DNA of 59,195 bases, filler included. It is 5 parts of 5 records of this genome, joined end to end, with 100 filler letters (N's around TTAATTAATTAA, not from the genome) between each part and the next. Parts side by side here need not be neighbours in the genome. Positions count along the whole stretch, not along the records: positions 1 to 29,928 come from SRR20825006_2475; 4 more parts are not named here. One strand, given 5' to 3'. How positions within the stretch are numbered: the stretch's first letter is position 1; each line of letters starts with the position of its first letter. The notes under the pieces were generated by a model. That model searched no databases and had not been told where the DNA came from. It saw only the letters and a list, made by a program, of their open reading frames with translations. Position numbers and translations under genes: made by a program. This document shows, in pieces, positions 17,409 to 27,401 of the stretch.

Positions 17409-18304
17409 CCAGCTTTGCCTCTCGCCTCATCGCTGGCGCGCGCCAGTTGGGCCCACTCTGCGTGGGTATCGACCCGCATCCTGGCCGTATCCCGGACCTG
17501 TTCGGCGGGGACACGCCCGAAGGGGTGGCCGCTTGGGGCGAAGCAGTCGTGGCGGCGGCGGCCGGACGCGCCTGCGTGGTCAAGCCGCAAGTCGGCCTGT
17601 TTGAGCGGCACGGGCCTGACGGAATGCGCGCATTGCAACGCGTCTGCGAAGCTTCAAGAGAGGCGGGCCTTCTTGTTCTCGCGGATGCCAAGCGCGGCGA
17701 CATCGGGACAACAGCCAGAGGCTATGCAGCCGCATACTTGTCAGAAGCGGCGCCGTTCCCCTCCGATGCCGTGACGGTAAACCCTTATATGGGCCTCGAT
17801 ACGTTGGAGCCCTTCCTCGAAGAGGCCGAGGCAAACGGCAAGGGGGTCGTCGTGCTCGCGCGCACGTCCAATCCCGGCTCAGCCGATTTTCAGGCGAGAG
17901 ATCTTGAGGGCGCCCCACTCTATGCACGCGTCGTTGAGGCGCTCGCCCCGGCGATCCAGCGCCTGAAGGGGGCGGGCGAATGGTCCGGCCTGATGCTGGT
18001 GGCGGGCGCGACGGGCCCGGATGAGGCCCGCCAATTGCGACAGCTCGCGCCGGACGCGCTGTTTCTGGTGCCGGGCTATGGCGCGCAGGGCGGCGGGGCC
18101 GAAGATGCGCTTGCGGGATTCAAGGCGGTTTCAAATCGCCTCGAAGGCGGCGTCGTGAATGCATCGCGCTCCGTCACATTCCCGGCCGGATCAGACACCG
18201 TAGAAAGCCAAGCCGACTGGCACGCGCTCATTGTGGCCGCCATTGAAGCTGCTCAGACTGATCTCTCCATACATGCCGGACGCGTGCCTGTAGCGTCGGG
18301 CTGA
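17405..18304 (+). CDS. pyrF: Orotidine-5'-phosphate decarboxylase
   Basis: LCVGIDP, DAKRGDIGTT, RTSNPGS, LVPGYGAQGG motifs. Confidence 0.96.
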   Translation: MTSFASRLIAGARQLGPLCVGIDPHPGRIPDLFGGDTPEGVAAWGEAVVAAAAGRACVVKPQVGLFERHGPDGMRALQRVCEASREAGLLVLADAKRGDIGTTARGYAAAYLSEAAPFPSDAVTVNPYMGLDTLEPFLEEAEANGKGVVVLARTSNPGSADFQARDLEGAPLYARVVEALAPAIQRLKGAGEWSGLMLVAGATGPDEARQLRQLAPDALFLVPGYGAQGGGAEDALAGFKAVSNRLEGGVVNASRSVTFPAGSDTVESQADWHALIVAAIEAAQTDLSIHAGRVPVASG

Positions 18305-18404
18305 CCTTAAGACAGGCCTCGACAATCGGCCTGCCTCATCTACTCTTTCCTGTGAGCGCGGCGTAAGACCGTTTTGAGGAAACAGACAGGGGAGTGAAAC
18401 GGCC

Positions 18405-20561
18405 ATGGCGAACTGGCAGTCCACCTTGATTGCGGGAGCATCCTTCGCAATCCTTGCCGCCTGCGGGCAGGCAAAAACAGCAGACACTGAGACACCTTCG
18501 GAACCGGAAGCCTTTGCGGCGGTCGACACGAACCGGATAAGTACCGCGAGCGCAGCTGACGAATGGCTGACATATGGTGGGACTTATGACGAGCAGCGCC
18601 ATTCGAGCCTGATAGATGTGAACAAGGAAACCGTCGCAGACCTGGGCGTCGCGTGGACTTATGACCTTGCCACCAATCGCGGCGTGGAATCGACGCCGAT
18701 TGTCGTGGACGGCGTGATGTACGTCACCTCTGCCTGGTCGCTGGTCTATGCGCTTGATGCCAAGACGGGTGAGGAATTGTGGGTTTACGATCCGGATGTG
18801 GACCGCGCCGTCGGCGTGAAAGCCTGCTGCGATGTCGTAAACCGTGGCGTGGCTGTTTATGACGGCAAGGTCTTCGTGGGCGTGATTGATGGGCGGCTCG
18901 AAGCGCTTGATGCCGAAACGGGCGAAGTTGTCTGGAGCAAGGTCACCGTTGATCAGTCCAAGCCCTATACGATCACCGGTGCGCCGCGTGTGGTGAATGG
19001 CAAAGTGTTGATTGGCAATGGCGGCGCCGAGCTCGGCGTGCGCGGTTATCTTTCGGCTTATGATGCCAATACCGGAGACAAGGTCTGGCGGTTCTACACT
19101 GTTCCGAACCCGGAGAAACAGCCAGACGGCGAGATCTCGGACGCAGCCTTTGAAGACATCGGCAATGTCACCTGGGGTGACGAAGGCGCCTGGGTCACCG
19201 ATGGTGGCGGCGGAACTGTCTGGGACTCCATCGTCTATGATGAGGTCAACGACCAGATCATCTTCGGGGTCGGCAATGGTTCGCCGTGGAACCGGGAATT
19301 CCGCGATCCGTCTGGTGGCGACAATCTCTTCCTGTCCTCCATCGTTGCGGTGGATGCCGAAACCGGTGCGTACAAGTGGCATTTCCAGACCACACCCGGC
19401 GACAATTGGGACTATACAGCCACGCAGACCATCATTCTGGCAGACTTGCCTGTTGGTGAAGATGGTGAAGCGCGCCGTGTCGCGATGCAGGCTCCGAAGA
19501 ATGGCTTCTTCTACGTACTGGACGCGGAATCCGGCGAGTTCATCTCCGGCGATGCGTTCGTGCCGATGAACTGGGCAGAGGGCCTCGACGAAAACGGTCG
19601 TCCGATTGAAATCGCCGATGCACGGTATGGCGCCGTCCCTTACGAGCAGCTGCCAGGCCCCCTCGGTGCACACAACTGGCATCCGATGGCCTTCAATCCG
19701 GATTTGAACCTCGCCTATATTCCAGCGCAGGAAATTCCGCAGGCCTATGCTCGCGATCCGCGCTTCGAGACCCAGCCTGTCGGCTGGAATACGGGCGCAG
19801 ACTTCTCTGCTGGCGTCCCGCCGATCGCGCCGCCGGAAGTCGCCAAATTCCTGCGCTCAACCCTCAAGGGACGCTTGATCGCATGGGATCCCATTGCCCG
19901 CGAAGCGCGCTGGTCGGTGGAACATGGCAATGCCTGGAATGGCGGCGTGCTGTCCACGGCAGGCGGTCTGGTTTTCCAGGGCAAGCTGAATGGCGATTTC
20001 GTCGCCTATGATGCCGAAACGGGCGACAAGCTCTGGAATCATGAACTCAAATCCGGCGGCGCGTCCGGCCCCGGCACCTACATGATCGATGGTGAGCAAT
20101 ACGTCACGATTACGACTGGTTGGGGCAGTGCCTTTGGTCTCTCTGCAGGCTTCGCCTATGACGAGACCGTGCCCTCTACAGTCGGCAAGGTCGTCACCTT
20201 CAAGCTGGGCGGCACGGGCGAAATCGCCGACCCGGATTTCCCGATGATCGACAAGACCCCGAAAGCCGACTCGTTCGGGGACGAGACCATGATCGCCGAG
20301 GGATCGGTTCACTATGCCCGTAACTGTACCGTCTGCCACGGTCCGCTGGCGGTCAGCTCGGGCGTTCTGCCGGACCTGCGCTGGTCGGCGATCAGTGGCA
20401 ACGAAATGGCGTGGAAAGGTGTGGTGGTCGACGGAAACCTCGCCGCCAATGGCATGGTCTCGTTCGCAGATCATCTGACGCCGGATCAGGTGGAATCGAT
20501 CCGCGCCTATGTGCTGGCGCAGGCCCATGCCGCTGTCCCGGCTGGCTCCGGGGGCGAATGA
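18405..20561 (+). CDS. PQQ-dependent quinohemoprotein alcohol dehydrogenase (type II), lipoprotein
   Basis: Lipobox LAAC, vicinal CC (ACCDVVNRG), WDYTATQ, GAHNWHPM, C-terminal cytochrome c CTVCH. Confidence 0.93.
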   Translation: MANWQSTLIAGASFAILAACGQAKTADTETPSEPEAFAAVDTNRISTASAADEWLTYGGTYDEQRHSSLIDVNKETVADLGVAWTYDLATNRGVESTPIVVDGVMYVTSAWSLVYALDAKTGEELWVYDPDVDRAVGVKACCDVVNRGVAVYDGKVFVGVIDGRLEALDAETGEVVWSKVTVDQSKPYTITGAPRVVNGKVLIGNGGAELGVRGYLSAYDANTGDKVWRFYTVPNPEKQPDGEISDAAFEDIGNVTWGDEGAWVTDGGGGTVWDSIVYDEVNDQIIFGVGNGSPWNREFRDPSGGDNLFLSSIVAVDAETGAYKWHFQTTPGDNWDYTATQTIILADLPVGEDGEARRVAMQAPKNGFFYVLDAESGEFISGDAFVPMNWAEGLDENGRPIEIADARYGAVPYEQLPGPLGAHNWHPMAFNPDLNLAYIPAQEIPQAYARDPRFETQPVGWNTGADFSAGVPPIAPPEVAKFLRSTLKGRLIAWDPIAREARWSVEHGNAWNGGVLSTAGGLVFQGKLNGDFVAYDAETGDKLWNHELKSGGASGPGTYMIDGEQYVTITTGWGSAFGLSAGFAYDETVPSTVGKVVTFKLGGTGEIADPDFPMIDKTPKADSFGDETMIAEGSVHYARNCTVCHGPLAVSSGVLPDLRWSAISGNEMAWKGVVVDGNLAANGMVSFADHLTPDQVESIRAYVLAQAHAAVPAGSGGE

Positions 20562-20572
20562 TCGAATTGTGA

Positions 20573-20599
20573 GTAGCGCGGCCTGCCGGGCCGCGCTAC
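20573..20599. terminator. GC-rich hairpin after the ADH gene (terminator or REP-like)
   Basis: GTAGCGCGGCC-TGCCG-GGCCGCGCTAC, 11-bp perfect stem, no U-tract. Confidence 0.5.
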
Positions 20600-20608
20600 A
20601 TACGCCGA

Positions 20609-21148
20609 ATGCATATAGTCATCCTCATTCTGGGTATCCTGACAACGATCGGCATCTGGTCGTGGCGTATCCAGATGGCCCGCCGCGGCGCGAAAGTGGC
20701 GATGGATGCGGCGCGCACGCTTACGAATACGCCTCGCCGCTTTGCCTTCAAATACAAGGCAGGCCGCAATGGCATCAGCCTGATCGAAGACCCGCGCGAA
20801 GCCGCCGCCGTCATGATGATGGAAGTTGCCCGTGGCCGGGAAGGGCCTCTGACCGAACGACAGGCGCGCATCATAGATGATGAGATGATGCAGAATTTCA
20901 GCTTCACCCAGGCTGAGGCTGATGAATTGTCCGCCCATGCGGCTTGGGTCACCAATTCCGCGCCGGATCCCCAGCGCGCCATGCGCAAGCTGAGCGAATT
21001 GATCGTCAGTTCCCCGCAGCTTGGCCCAAAGGAAATTGTCGATCTCGACGCGATGCTGGTGGCGGTGTCCGAGGCGGAAGGCGTGCCGACGCGCGAACAA
21101 CTGGCCCTCCTGCAAGTGTTCCGGGACAAGGCAGGCCTCAAGACCTGA
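20609..21148 (+). CDS. TerB-like domain protein with N-terminal TM
   Basis: IEDPREAAAVMM...G.LT..Q and VAVSEAEG.PTREQ TerB-type patterns. Confidence 0.7.
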   Translation: MHIVILILGILTTIGIWSWRIQMARRGAKVAMDAARTLTNTPRRFAFKYKAGRNGISLIEDPREAAAVMMMEVARGREGPLTERQARIIDDEMMQNFSFTQAEADELSAHAAWVTNSAPDPQRAMRKLSELIVSSPQLGPKEIVDLDAMLVAVSEAEGVPTREQLALLQVFRDKAGLKT

Positions 21149-21208
21149 GTCTTCCAACCGCTCAAGAACAGTTGCGCCTTTCGCCCTGGCACAATAGGGA
21201 ATTTGGCC

Positions 21209-22033
21209 ATGTCAAAGTCACTTCCCAGCGAATACCGCGCCAAGGTTCTCAATGAGTCCTGGACGAATTTTTCCGTCCTGCGTCATGGCCGGTTTGATGG
21301 CCTGCTCGTTACCTCCAAGAATTCCGGTACGCACTGGCTGAAATACATGCTGGCAGTGGCGCTGGCGGAAACCCATGGCATTCCTCACCCGCAATACTTT
21401 TCGGAGAATGCGGTGCGCCCCTATATCGGTTGGCCGAAGGACGATGAGACCTTTCCGGAACTGCCGCGCCTGGCGTTCAGTCACACGATCCCCCACCATC
21501 TGGCCGAATGGGGCTGGGCCCGCAGCCTCGCCAGCCTGCCGCCATATGTGCTGGCTGTACGACACCCGATGGCGATCCTGGCCAGTCACCACGCCAAATG
21601 GGAGTACGACATCAAGGTTGACTGGTTGACCTATCTGAAGGGCGATCCGGGCGGATCGAAATATCGCTGCGATCTCTACTGGCTCGCGCGCTTCTGGAAC
21701 CGTTGGGGTGATATTCGTGCGCGTCATGGCGACTCGATCCAGCTGATCCAGTATGAGCGGACCCAGCAAGACCCCCGCGCTGCGTTGGAAGCGGTCTCGA
21801 AGCATTGGTCTCTCGGGCTCAGTGCCGATGCCATCAATGTAGCGCTCGCGGCGGGCACGAAGGACGCCATGGCGCAGAAGATCGATCCGGATGCGGAGCC
21901 CAATGTGCTGCAGAACCGCAAGACACCGCTAACCGAACTCTTCACCGGCGAAGCACTGGATATCTACACAGATCATATCCGGACGCTGTTCCGGCATGAT
22001 CTGGATTATGACCTGTTCAGCCTTCCGGCTTGA
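21209..22033 (+). CDS. Sulfotransferase-domain protein
   Basis: PAPS-binding motifs SKNSGTHWL and VRHPMAILAS. Confidence 0.7.
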   Translation: MSKSLPSEYRAKVLNESWTNFSVLRHGRFDGLLVTSKNSGTHWLKYMLAVALAETHGIPHPQYFSENAVRPYIGWPKDDETFPELPRLAFSHTIPHHLAEWGWARSLASLPPYVLAVRHPMAILASHHAKWEYDIKVDWLTYLKGDPGGSKYRCDLYWLARFWNRWGDIRARHGDSIQLIQYERTQQDPRAALEAVSKHWSLGLSADAINVALAAGTKDAMAQKIDPDAEPNVLQNRKTPLTELFTGEALDIYTDHIRTLFRHDLDYDLFSLPA

Positions 22034-22697
22034 GATAGCCGCTTGAGCGTCCGTCGGCGGTGTATTTGATCCACCACGGTTCGGCTTCCGCCTGTTTCTC
22101 CAGTTCAAGGAAGACCGGGTCTTCAAGGATGGCCGCCGAATATTCGGCCGCGGCCCCTGTCAGGGGCAGGCCATAGGTGCGGAACCGCGTCACAACCGGC
22201 GTGTAGAACGCATCCGCAGCGCTCCATTTGCCGAACAGGTATGGGCCGCCATCGCCATGTTCAGTGCGCATCTGGTCCCACATGGTCTGGATGCGGGCAA
22301 TGTCAGCCTCAAGACCTTCGGTCATTTCCGGCGTGGCTTCCCGGCCGCGAATATCCATCGGACAGGCCTTGCGCAGGGCGGGGAAACCCGCATGCATTTC
22401 GGAAGTCACCGCGCGGGCAATCGCCCGCTTGGCGGCGTCTTCTGGCCAGACCTCTCCAGTCGGCGCCCAATCGGCGATCCATTCCGTGATCGCAAGGCTT
22501 TCCCAGACCGTGACATCATCCCAGATCAACAGTGGCACTTTTGCTGTCGGGCTGATCTCTTTCAGTTTTGCCGATGTGTCGGGAAAGTCGAGCGGCACGA
22601 TCACTTCTTCCACCGGCAGGCCCACGCGCCGCGCGGCAAGCAATGGCCTGATCGACCAGCTGGAATAGTTCAGATTTCCAAGGACCAGCTGTCTCAT
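22017..22697 (-). CDS. Glutathione S-transferase
   Basis: GNLNYSSWSIRP, SPTAKVP, WESLAI, EMHAGF and ADAFYTPV motifs. Confidence 0.92.
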   Translation of the reverse strand: MRQLVLGNLNYSSWSIRPLLAARRVGLPVEEVIVPLDFPDTSAKLKEISPTAKVPLLIWDDVTVWESLAITEWIADWAPTGEVWPEDAAKRAIARAVTSEMHAGFPALRKACPMDIRGREATPEMTEGLEADIARIQTMWDQMRTEHGDGGPYLFGKWSAADAFYTPVVTRFRTYGLPLTGAAAEYSAAILEDPVFLELEKQAEAEPWWIKYTADGRSSGYLKPEG

Positions 22698-22990
22698 GCG
22701 CGCTTTCCTTGCCCGATCAGCCATTTCGTTTCGCGCACGTCCACGCGGTCGAACACTCCTGCCTTGTTATACGGGTCCTGCTCGGCCAACGCCTTGGCCG
22801 AAGCCAGGTCATCGGCCTCGACCAGGAAGACAGACCCGATCATCGCGCCATCCTCGGACAGCAGCGGCCCGGCCATGCGTAGCCGGTCCCCCAATCCTGC
22901 AGCCCATTCCAGATGGGCCGGCCGGGTCGCGGCGCGCAACTCGGCACCATTGGTTTCATTGTCCAGATTGTGAAAACAGAAAAGGCGCAT
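22694..22990 (-). CDS. YciI family protein
   Basis: R...RPAHL, AGPLL...GS and DPY motifs; start re-assigned to MRLFCF. Confidence 0.88.
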   Translation of the reverse strand: MRLFCFHNLDNETNGAELRAATRPAHLEWAAGLGDRLRMAGPLLSEDGAMIGSVFLVEADDLASAKALAEQDPYNKAGVFDRVDVRETKWLIGQGKRA

Positions 22991-23127
22991 GACGAACGAC
23001 TCCGAATGAAGGCAAGATTTCCTGTTTCTATTGCACACTGCCTGCAACCTGCCCAGAGTCCGCAATAGTGGAACAAATGGGCTGAATGAATCATTGATCC
23101 TTCAGTAACAGGGAGTATGGTGGCGCC

Positions 23128-23748
23128 ATGAACGATACAACAGACACCCGCCAACAGATCTTGGAAGCCGCGATGGAACGCATCGTTCACTACGGTTATT
23201 CCAAGACGACGATGTCGGAGATTGCCAAGGACTGCAACATGTCCGCGGGCAATATCTACCGCTTCTTCGCGTCCAAACTCGATATTGCCGAAGCCATCGG
23301 TCGCAAGTTCAATTCAGAACTCTACCAGACTTATGCCAGCATCTGTCGAAAGCCAATCACGGCGGCAGATCGTCTGCGCCAGTTTTTTGAGTTCAGCATG
23401 GTGCGTACCTATGAGGCACTGGAAGAAAAGGACAAGCTGGTCGAGCTGGCCGAGACGCTGGCAGATGAGCGGCCTCTGTTCATGAATGAACAGCTGGCCC
23501 AAGAGCGGGTCTATCTGGTTCAGATTCTCGAGAACGGCATTGAGGCCGGTGAGTTTCGTCCGCTCGACCGAAAGGAAGAGACGGCGGAAATGATTCAGGC
23601 ATCGATGATGAAGTTTCGCTTTCCCCAGATGTTCTCGCACCTGACATTGCCGAAATTGAAGCGTGAACTGGCGGGTGTGATGGACCTGGTTCTGGCTGGA
23701 TTGTCAGCTGGCGCGGTCGTTCCGGAGCGTCAGATAGATAAATTCTGA
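23128..23748 (+). CDS. TetR/AcrR family regulator
   Basis: GYSKTTMSEIAKDCNMSAGNIYRFFASK HTH. Confidence 0.93.
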   Translation: MNDTTDTRQQILEAAMERIVHYGYSKTTMSEIAKDCNMSAGNIYRFFASKLDIAEAIGRKFNSELYQTYASICRKPITAADRLRQFFEFSMVRTYEALEEKDKLVELAETLADERPLFMNEQLAQERVYLVQILENGIEAGEFRPLDRKEETAEMIQASMMKFRFPQMFSHLTLPKLKRELAGVMDLVLAGLSAGAVVPERQIDKF

Positions 23749-23767
23749 ATAATTTCGTTTTTGTTCA

Positions 23768-23796
23768 TTGATAAATATTCAGATGATTGCTATATG
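23768..23796 (+). promoter_or_regulatory. Sigma70-type promoter for the small ORF
   Basis: TTGATA-N17-TATATG in an AT-rich island, overlapped by the TCTGAATA/TATTCAGA inverted repeat. Confidence 0.6.
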
Positions 23797-23848
23797 GCAG
23801 TCAACGGCAGCGATGGTCGCTGTCGGTAAATGCTGAAAGACCAAATCA

Positions 23849-23962
23849 ATGACATTGTCCAAGACCGAAGCTCGCCAGTCCCTGGCCGCCTTGCTTGCGG
23901 CGCTTCCTATGGCCATCGCCATCCTTGCGGCGACCTATTCGCTTGCTGAATTCGCGGTTTAG
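23849..23962 (+). CDS. 37-aa single-TM small protein
   Basis: MTLSKTEARQSLAALLAALPMAIAILAATYSLAEFAV*; GAAAGA 8 nt upstream; shorter than anything in the ORF track. Confidence 0.6.
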   Translation: MTLSKTEARQSLAALLAALPMAIAILAATYSLAEFAV

Positions 23963-23974
23963 AATGCGGCCTGA

Positions 23975-25075
23975 TCAGGCCTTGGCACCCCGGCGGCCCG
24001 TTCCATAGACGGGCGCTGATTGCGCCGCCGCTTCATCGAGCGGCCAGCGGGGTCTCGCCCCGGTGCCAAGGTCCCCGGCCTCGCCTTTGACGAGGCCCGC
24101 CGCCAGTCTTTCCGCTCCGGCCAGAGCGATCATGGCGGCATTATCCGTACAATGTCTTAGCGGCGGCGCAATCAGGCGCGCACCTGCGCCTTTGGCCACG
24201 TCGTCCAGTGCGGCACGGATGGCCTTGTTGGCCGCGACGCCGCCCGCCACGACGAACCGCTTCGTGCCATCCTCACCCGGATCAAACGCCTCAAGCGCCA
24301 GCGCGGCCTTTGTGGCGAGAATATCGGTCACCGCCGTCTGGAAACTCGCGCAGAGATCCTTCATCCGATCCTCATTCATCTCGTCTTCGGCCGCGGCGCG
24401 CGCAACAGCCGTCTTCAGCCCTGCAAAGCTCATATCGAGACCCGGCCTGTTCAGCAGCGGGCGGGGCAGGGCAAAAGCCTCTGGATTGCCCCCCTCTGCG
24501 AGGCGCTCGACCGCAGGCCCGCCGGGAAAGCCGAGCCCCAGCGTCTTGGCTGTCTTGTCGAAGGCTTCGCCCACCGCATCATCAATCGTCGAGCCGAGCC
24601 GGCGATAATTTCCGAGGCCGCGCACTTCCAGGAATTGGCAATGCCCGCCCGAAACAAGCAACAGCAAATAGGGGAACGGGCAATCATTGCCGAGCCGAGG
24701 GCTGAGCGCGTGCCCTTCCAGATGGTTGACCGCGATGAAGGGCTTTCCGGCCGCCTGCGCGATGGCCTTTCCGGTCATCATGCCCACCAGCACGCCGCCG
24801 ATCAGGCCGGGACCGGACGTGGCGGCGATCCCGTCTAGCGCTGAATAGGAAATGCCTGCTTCATGCATCGCGGCTTTCACGGTCAAATCAGCCAGTTCGG
24901 CGTGTGCGCGCGCAGCGATTTCCGGTACCACACCCAGATAGGGCGCGTGTTCTTCCAGTTGCGTGCGGATCACGTCCGAGACCAGCTCTGCCCGGCCATC
25001 GGTCAGGCGCAGCACAGCCGCGGCCGTCTCGTCACAGCTTGTCTCGATGCCCAGAACTGTCAGCGTCTTGCTCAT
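23975..25075 (-). CDS. tsaD: tRNA N6-adenosine threonylcarbamoyltransferase
   Basis: [35 protein letters not shown] and CTDNAAMIA motifs. Confidence 0.97.
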   Translation of the reverse strand: MSKTLTVLGIETSCDETAAAVLRLTDGRAELVSDVIRTQLEEHAPYLGVVPEIAARAHAELADLTVKAAMHEAGISYSALDGIAATSGPGLIGGVLVGMMTGKAIAQAAGKPFIAVNHLEGHALSPRLGNDCPFPYLLLLVSGGHCQFLEVRGLGNYRRLGSTIDDAVGEAFDKTAKTLGLGFPGGPAVERLAEGGNPEAFALPRPLLNRPGLDMSFAGLKTAVARAAAEDEMNEDRMKDLCASFQTAVTDILATKAALALEAFDPGEDGTKRFVVAGGVAANKAIRAALDDVAKGAGARLIAPPLRHCTDNAAMIALAGAERLAAGLVKGEAGDLGTGARPRWPLDEAAAQSAPVYGTGRRGAKA

Positions 25076-25160
25076 CCGCTGCATGTAGGACCCCAGAACG
25101 GATTTGGAAAGCGCAGCCCGCAGGCCCTATAGTCGAAGGAAAAGACCGGGAGGCAGAAGT

Positions 25161-26018
25161 TTGGCGAAACCGTTTCGATGGAACATCGCACAGCGCGAGC
25201 AATTGGGCGGCCTGATTACAGGCGCGACCGAGACGCGCTCATTGAACGACATGTTCCTTGAATCCCTGCGATCCACGGCTGCCCGCATTCTGGCGCATGC
25301 GAACCGGTCAGACCTCGCCTTTATCGGGAGGACGCCCGAAAACCTGTATGATTATCTGTCTGGCTGTTTCGAAGGGCTGCGCGACACGCCGCGGCTTCAC
25401 CTCATCCAGTTCTCTCTGCGCAATGCCAGCGCGGTCGATCAATTGCCGGAACCGGCATTGCAGGGTCTGTTCGAGTATCTCACCGCCGAAGGTCTCGGCC
25501 CCAAGGCGATCGCCACCGGTTCGCGCCCCATTGCCCTGGTCGACTTTGTTGCCTCCGGTCGAACGATGGAGGGCCTGATCCGCCTCATGAAACTGCAAGC
25601 CGAGCGGGAAGGACAAGACTGGACCGCCGTTCAGCGCCGCCTACGCATCATCGGGCTGCGCGTGCGTACAAAGAATTCCCCCAACACTTGGCGCTGGCAA
25701 CAGCATCAGGACTGGCTGCACTTCATTCCGGATGCGATCATTCGAAATGTTTCCGCGCCTGCAGCCTTCCTCCATTATCTCGGCAATGATCAGCCCAAAG
25801 TGACCGCCAGCTTTCATCCGGGCCGCTGGGCGGAGGAGGAGGGCGCCGCCCGCCGACCGAACAGCGACCAGCAGGCTGCGCTGGGCTTTGCGGCGCAGCT
25901 CTATGATCTTGGTCGCACCCGCGAGGAACGCCAGAATCTTGCAAAGCGGATTGCCCGACACCGCAAGATGAGCCAGCGCGCCACGCGTCGCCTCGTCCTG
26001 CGATTGCGCGGGGGCTGA
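25161..26018 (+). CDS. Hypothetical protein with a PRTase-like loop
   Basis: TTG start after GGAGG; AFIGRTPENLYDYL and IALVDFVASGRT motifs. Confidence 0.65.
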   Translation: MAKPFRWNIAQREQLGGLITGATETRSLNDMFLESLRSTAARILAHANRSDLAFIGRTPENLYDYLSGCFEGLRDTPRLHLIQFSLRNASAVDQLPEPALQGLFEYLTAEGLGPKAIATGSRPIALVDFVASGRTMEGLIRLMKLQAEREGQDWTAVQRRLRIIGLRVRTKNSPNTWRWQQHQDWLHFIPDAIIRNVSAPAAFLHYLGNDQPKVTASFHPGRWAEEEGAARRPNSDQQAALGFAAQLYDLGRTREERQNLAKRIARHRKMSQRATRRLVLRLRGG

Positions 26019-26037
26019 GCCGCCGGTAGGGTAAGGA

Positions 26038-26439
26038 ATGGCCGCATCTGAACCCATCATGCTTTCGCTTGAACGCTTCGGAGAGATTTGCGCTGATCCC
26101 GCGCCATTGATCTATCGGCGCCTCTTCGCACAGCATCCCGAATTTGAAGACCTGTTCGCGATGGACACGGATGGTGGCGTGCGCGGTTCCATGCTGACAA
26201 CCTGCTTCGACTGCATCATCGGTCTTACCGAGGGCAGTCGATTGCCGCGCTTTGAACTTCAGTCTGCCCGCCTGTCGCACCAGGGGTATGGCGTGCCGGA
26301 ATCCCAACTGGATGACATGTTCACAGCCATCCGCGACACTTGCCGGGAAGCGCTGGCAGGGGAGTGGACGCCCGCCATGGAAACCGCATGGGCGGAGATG
26401 CTGGCCGAGATTGCGCGAATGGGGTTCGCGCCAGCCTGA
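26038..26439 (+). CDS. Single-domain globin
   Basis: IYRRLFAQHPEFEDLF, H..YGV and WTPAMETAW globin motifs. Confidence 0.85.
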   Translation: MAASEPIMLSLERFGEICADPAPLIYRRLFAQHPEFEDLFAMDTDGGVRGSMLTTCFDCIIGLTEGSRLPRFELQSARLSHQGYGVPESQLDDMFTAIRDTCREALAGEWTPAMETAWAEMLAEIARMGFAPA

Positions 26440-26451
26440 CACTGGCCGGGG

Positions 26452-27258
26452 CTAACGCCCCTTGAATTCCGCCGGGCGCTTCTCAAGAAACGCCATCATG
26501 CCTTCACGCGCGTCTTCCGTTTTCAGCAGCGGCAGCAATTGCAGGAAGACGTGATGGACATGTTCGGTGAAAGGCTCCGACAGGCCCATCCGCATCAGGC
26601 GTTTTGAGGCTTGTACGGCCAGTGGCGCGTTCGCGGCGATGTCGGCGGCCAGGGCGCGTGCTTCGTCCATCAGCGTATCATGCGGCACCACTTTTGCGCA
26701 CAATTGCTCGGCGAGGCATTCCTCTGCGGTCAGGGTGCGGCCGGTGAAGATCAGTTCGCAGGCCTTCTCCCAGCCGAGCATGCGCGGCAGGAACCAGGTG
26801 CCGCCGGATTCCGGCAGGATGCCGCGCTTGGTGAAGGCTGCGGCCATCTTGGCCTTGTCCGACATGATGCGGATGTCACAGCCGAGCGCCGTGTCCATGC
26901 CATAGCCTGCCGCGCCGCCATTGATGGCACAGATGGTTGGCGTGTCCATATTGAACAATACGGTCGGCGGCGTGTTGCGCAGATCCAGCGTGGCGCTGGC
27001 CACAGCGCCGGATCCGATGCCTTCGCCCTTGGTGGCACTTTCCAGGTTCAAACCCGCGCAGAAGGCCCGGCCCGCACCGGTCAGGATCACGCAGCGCACA
27101 TCTTTGTCGGCGTCCGCTTTCAGCAGCGCCTCGCACAATTCATCCAGCATGGGGCCGGAAATCGTGTTCATCCGCTCCGGCGCATTCAGGGTGATGGTCG
27201 CCACATGGTCGGCCACCTCATAAAGAATTTCGGCTGGTTTGGTGGCGGTGTCTGGCAT
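26452..27258 (-). CDS. Enoyl-CoA hydratase/isomerase
   Basis: TGAGRAFCAGLNL, AINGGAAGYG and FLEKRPAEFKGR motifs. Confidence 0.92.
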   Translation of the reverse strand: MPDTATKPAEILYEVADHVATITLNAPERMNTISGPMLDELCEALLKADADKDVRCVILTGAGRAFCAGLNLESATKGEGIGSGAVASATLDLRNTPPTVLFNMDTPTICAINGGAAGYGMDTALGCDIRIMSDKAKMAAAFTKRGILPESGGTWFLPRMLGWEKACELIFTGRTLTAEECLAEQLCAKVVPHDTLMDEARALAADIAANAPLAVQASKRLMRMGLSEPFTEHVHHVFLQLLPLLKTEDAREGMMAFLEKRPAEFKGR

Positions 27259-27401
27259 GGCGTATCTCCCTCTTGTTTTGGAAGGGAAGGTAACGCGGTC
27301 AGGCGAGTGGGCCTAGGCTGCCCTCGCGGCATTGTTTTGTCATGGCGGACCGATTTGCAGATTTTGTGTAAGAAAGTCGGGCCGCGGTGGACTAAACAGA
27401 C

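Noticed and set aside
18405-20561. Lanthanide-dependent alcohol dehydrogenase
   Set aside because: The active-site motif is D-Y-T (WDYTATQ) and lacks the extra Asp (D-x-D) of Ln-dependent XoxF/ExaF/PedH enzymes.
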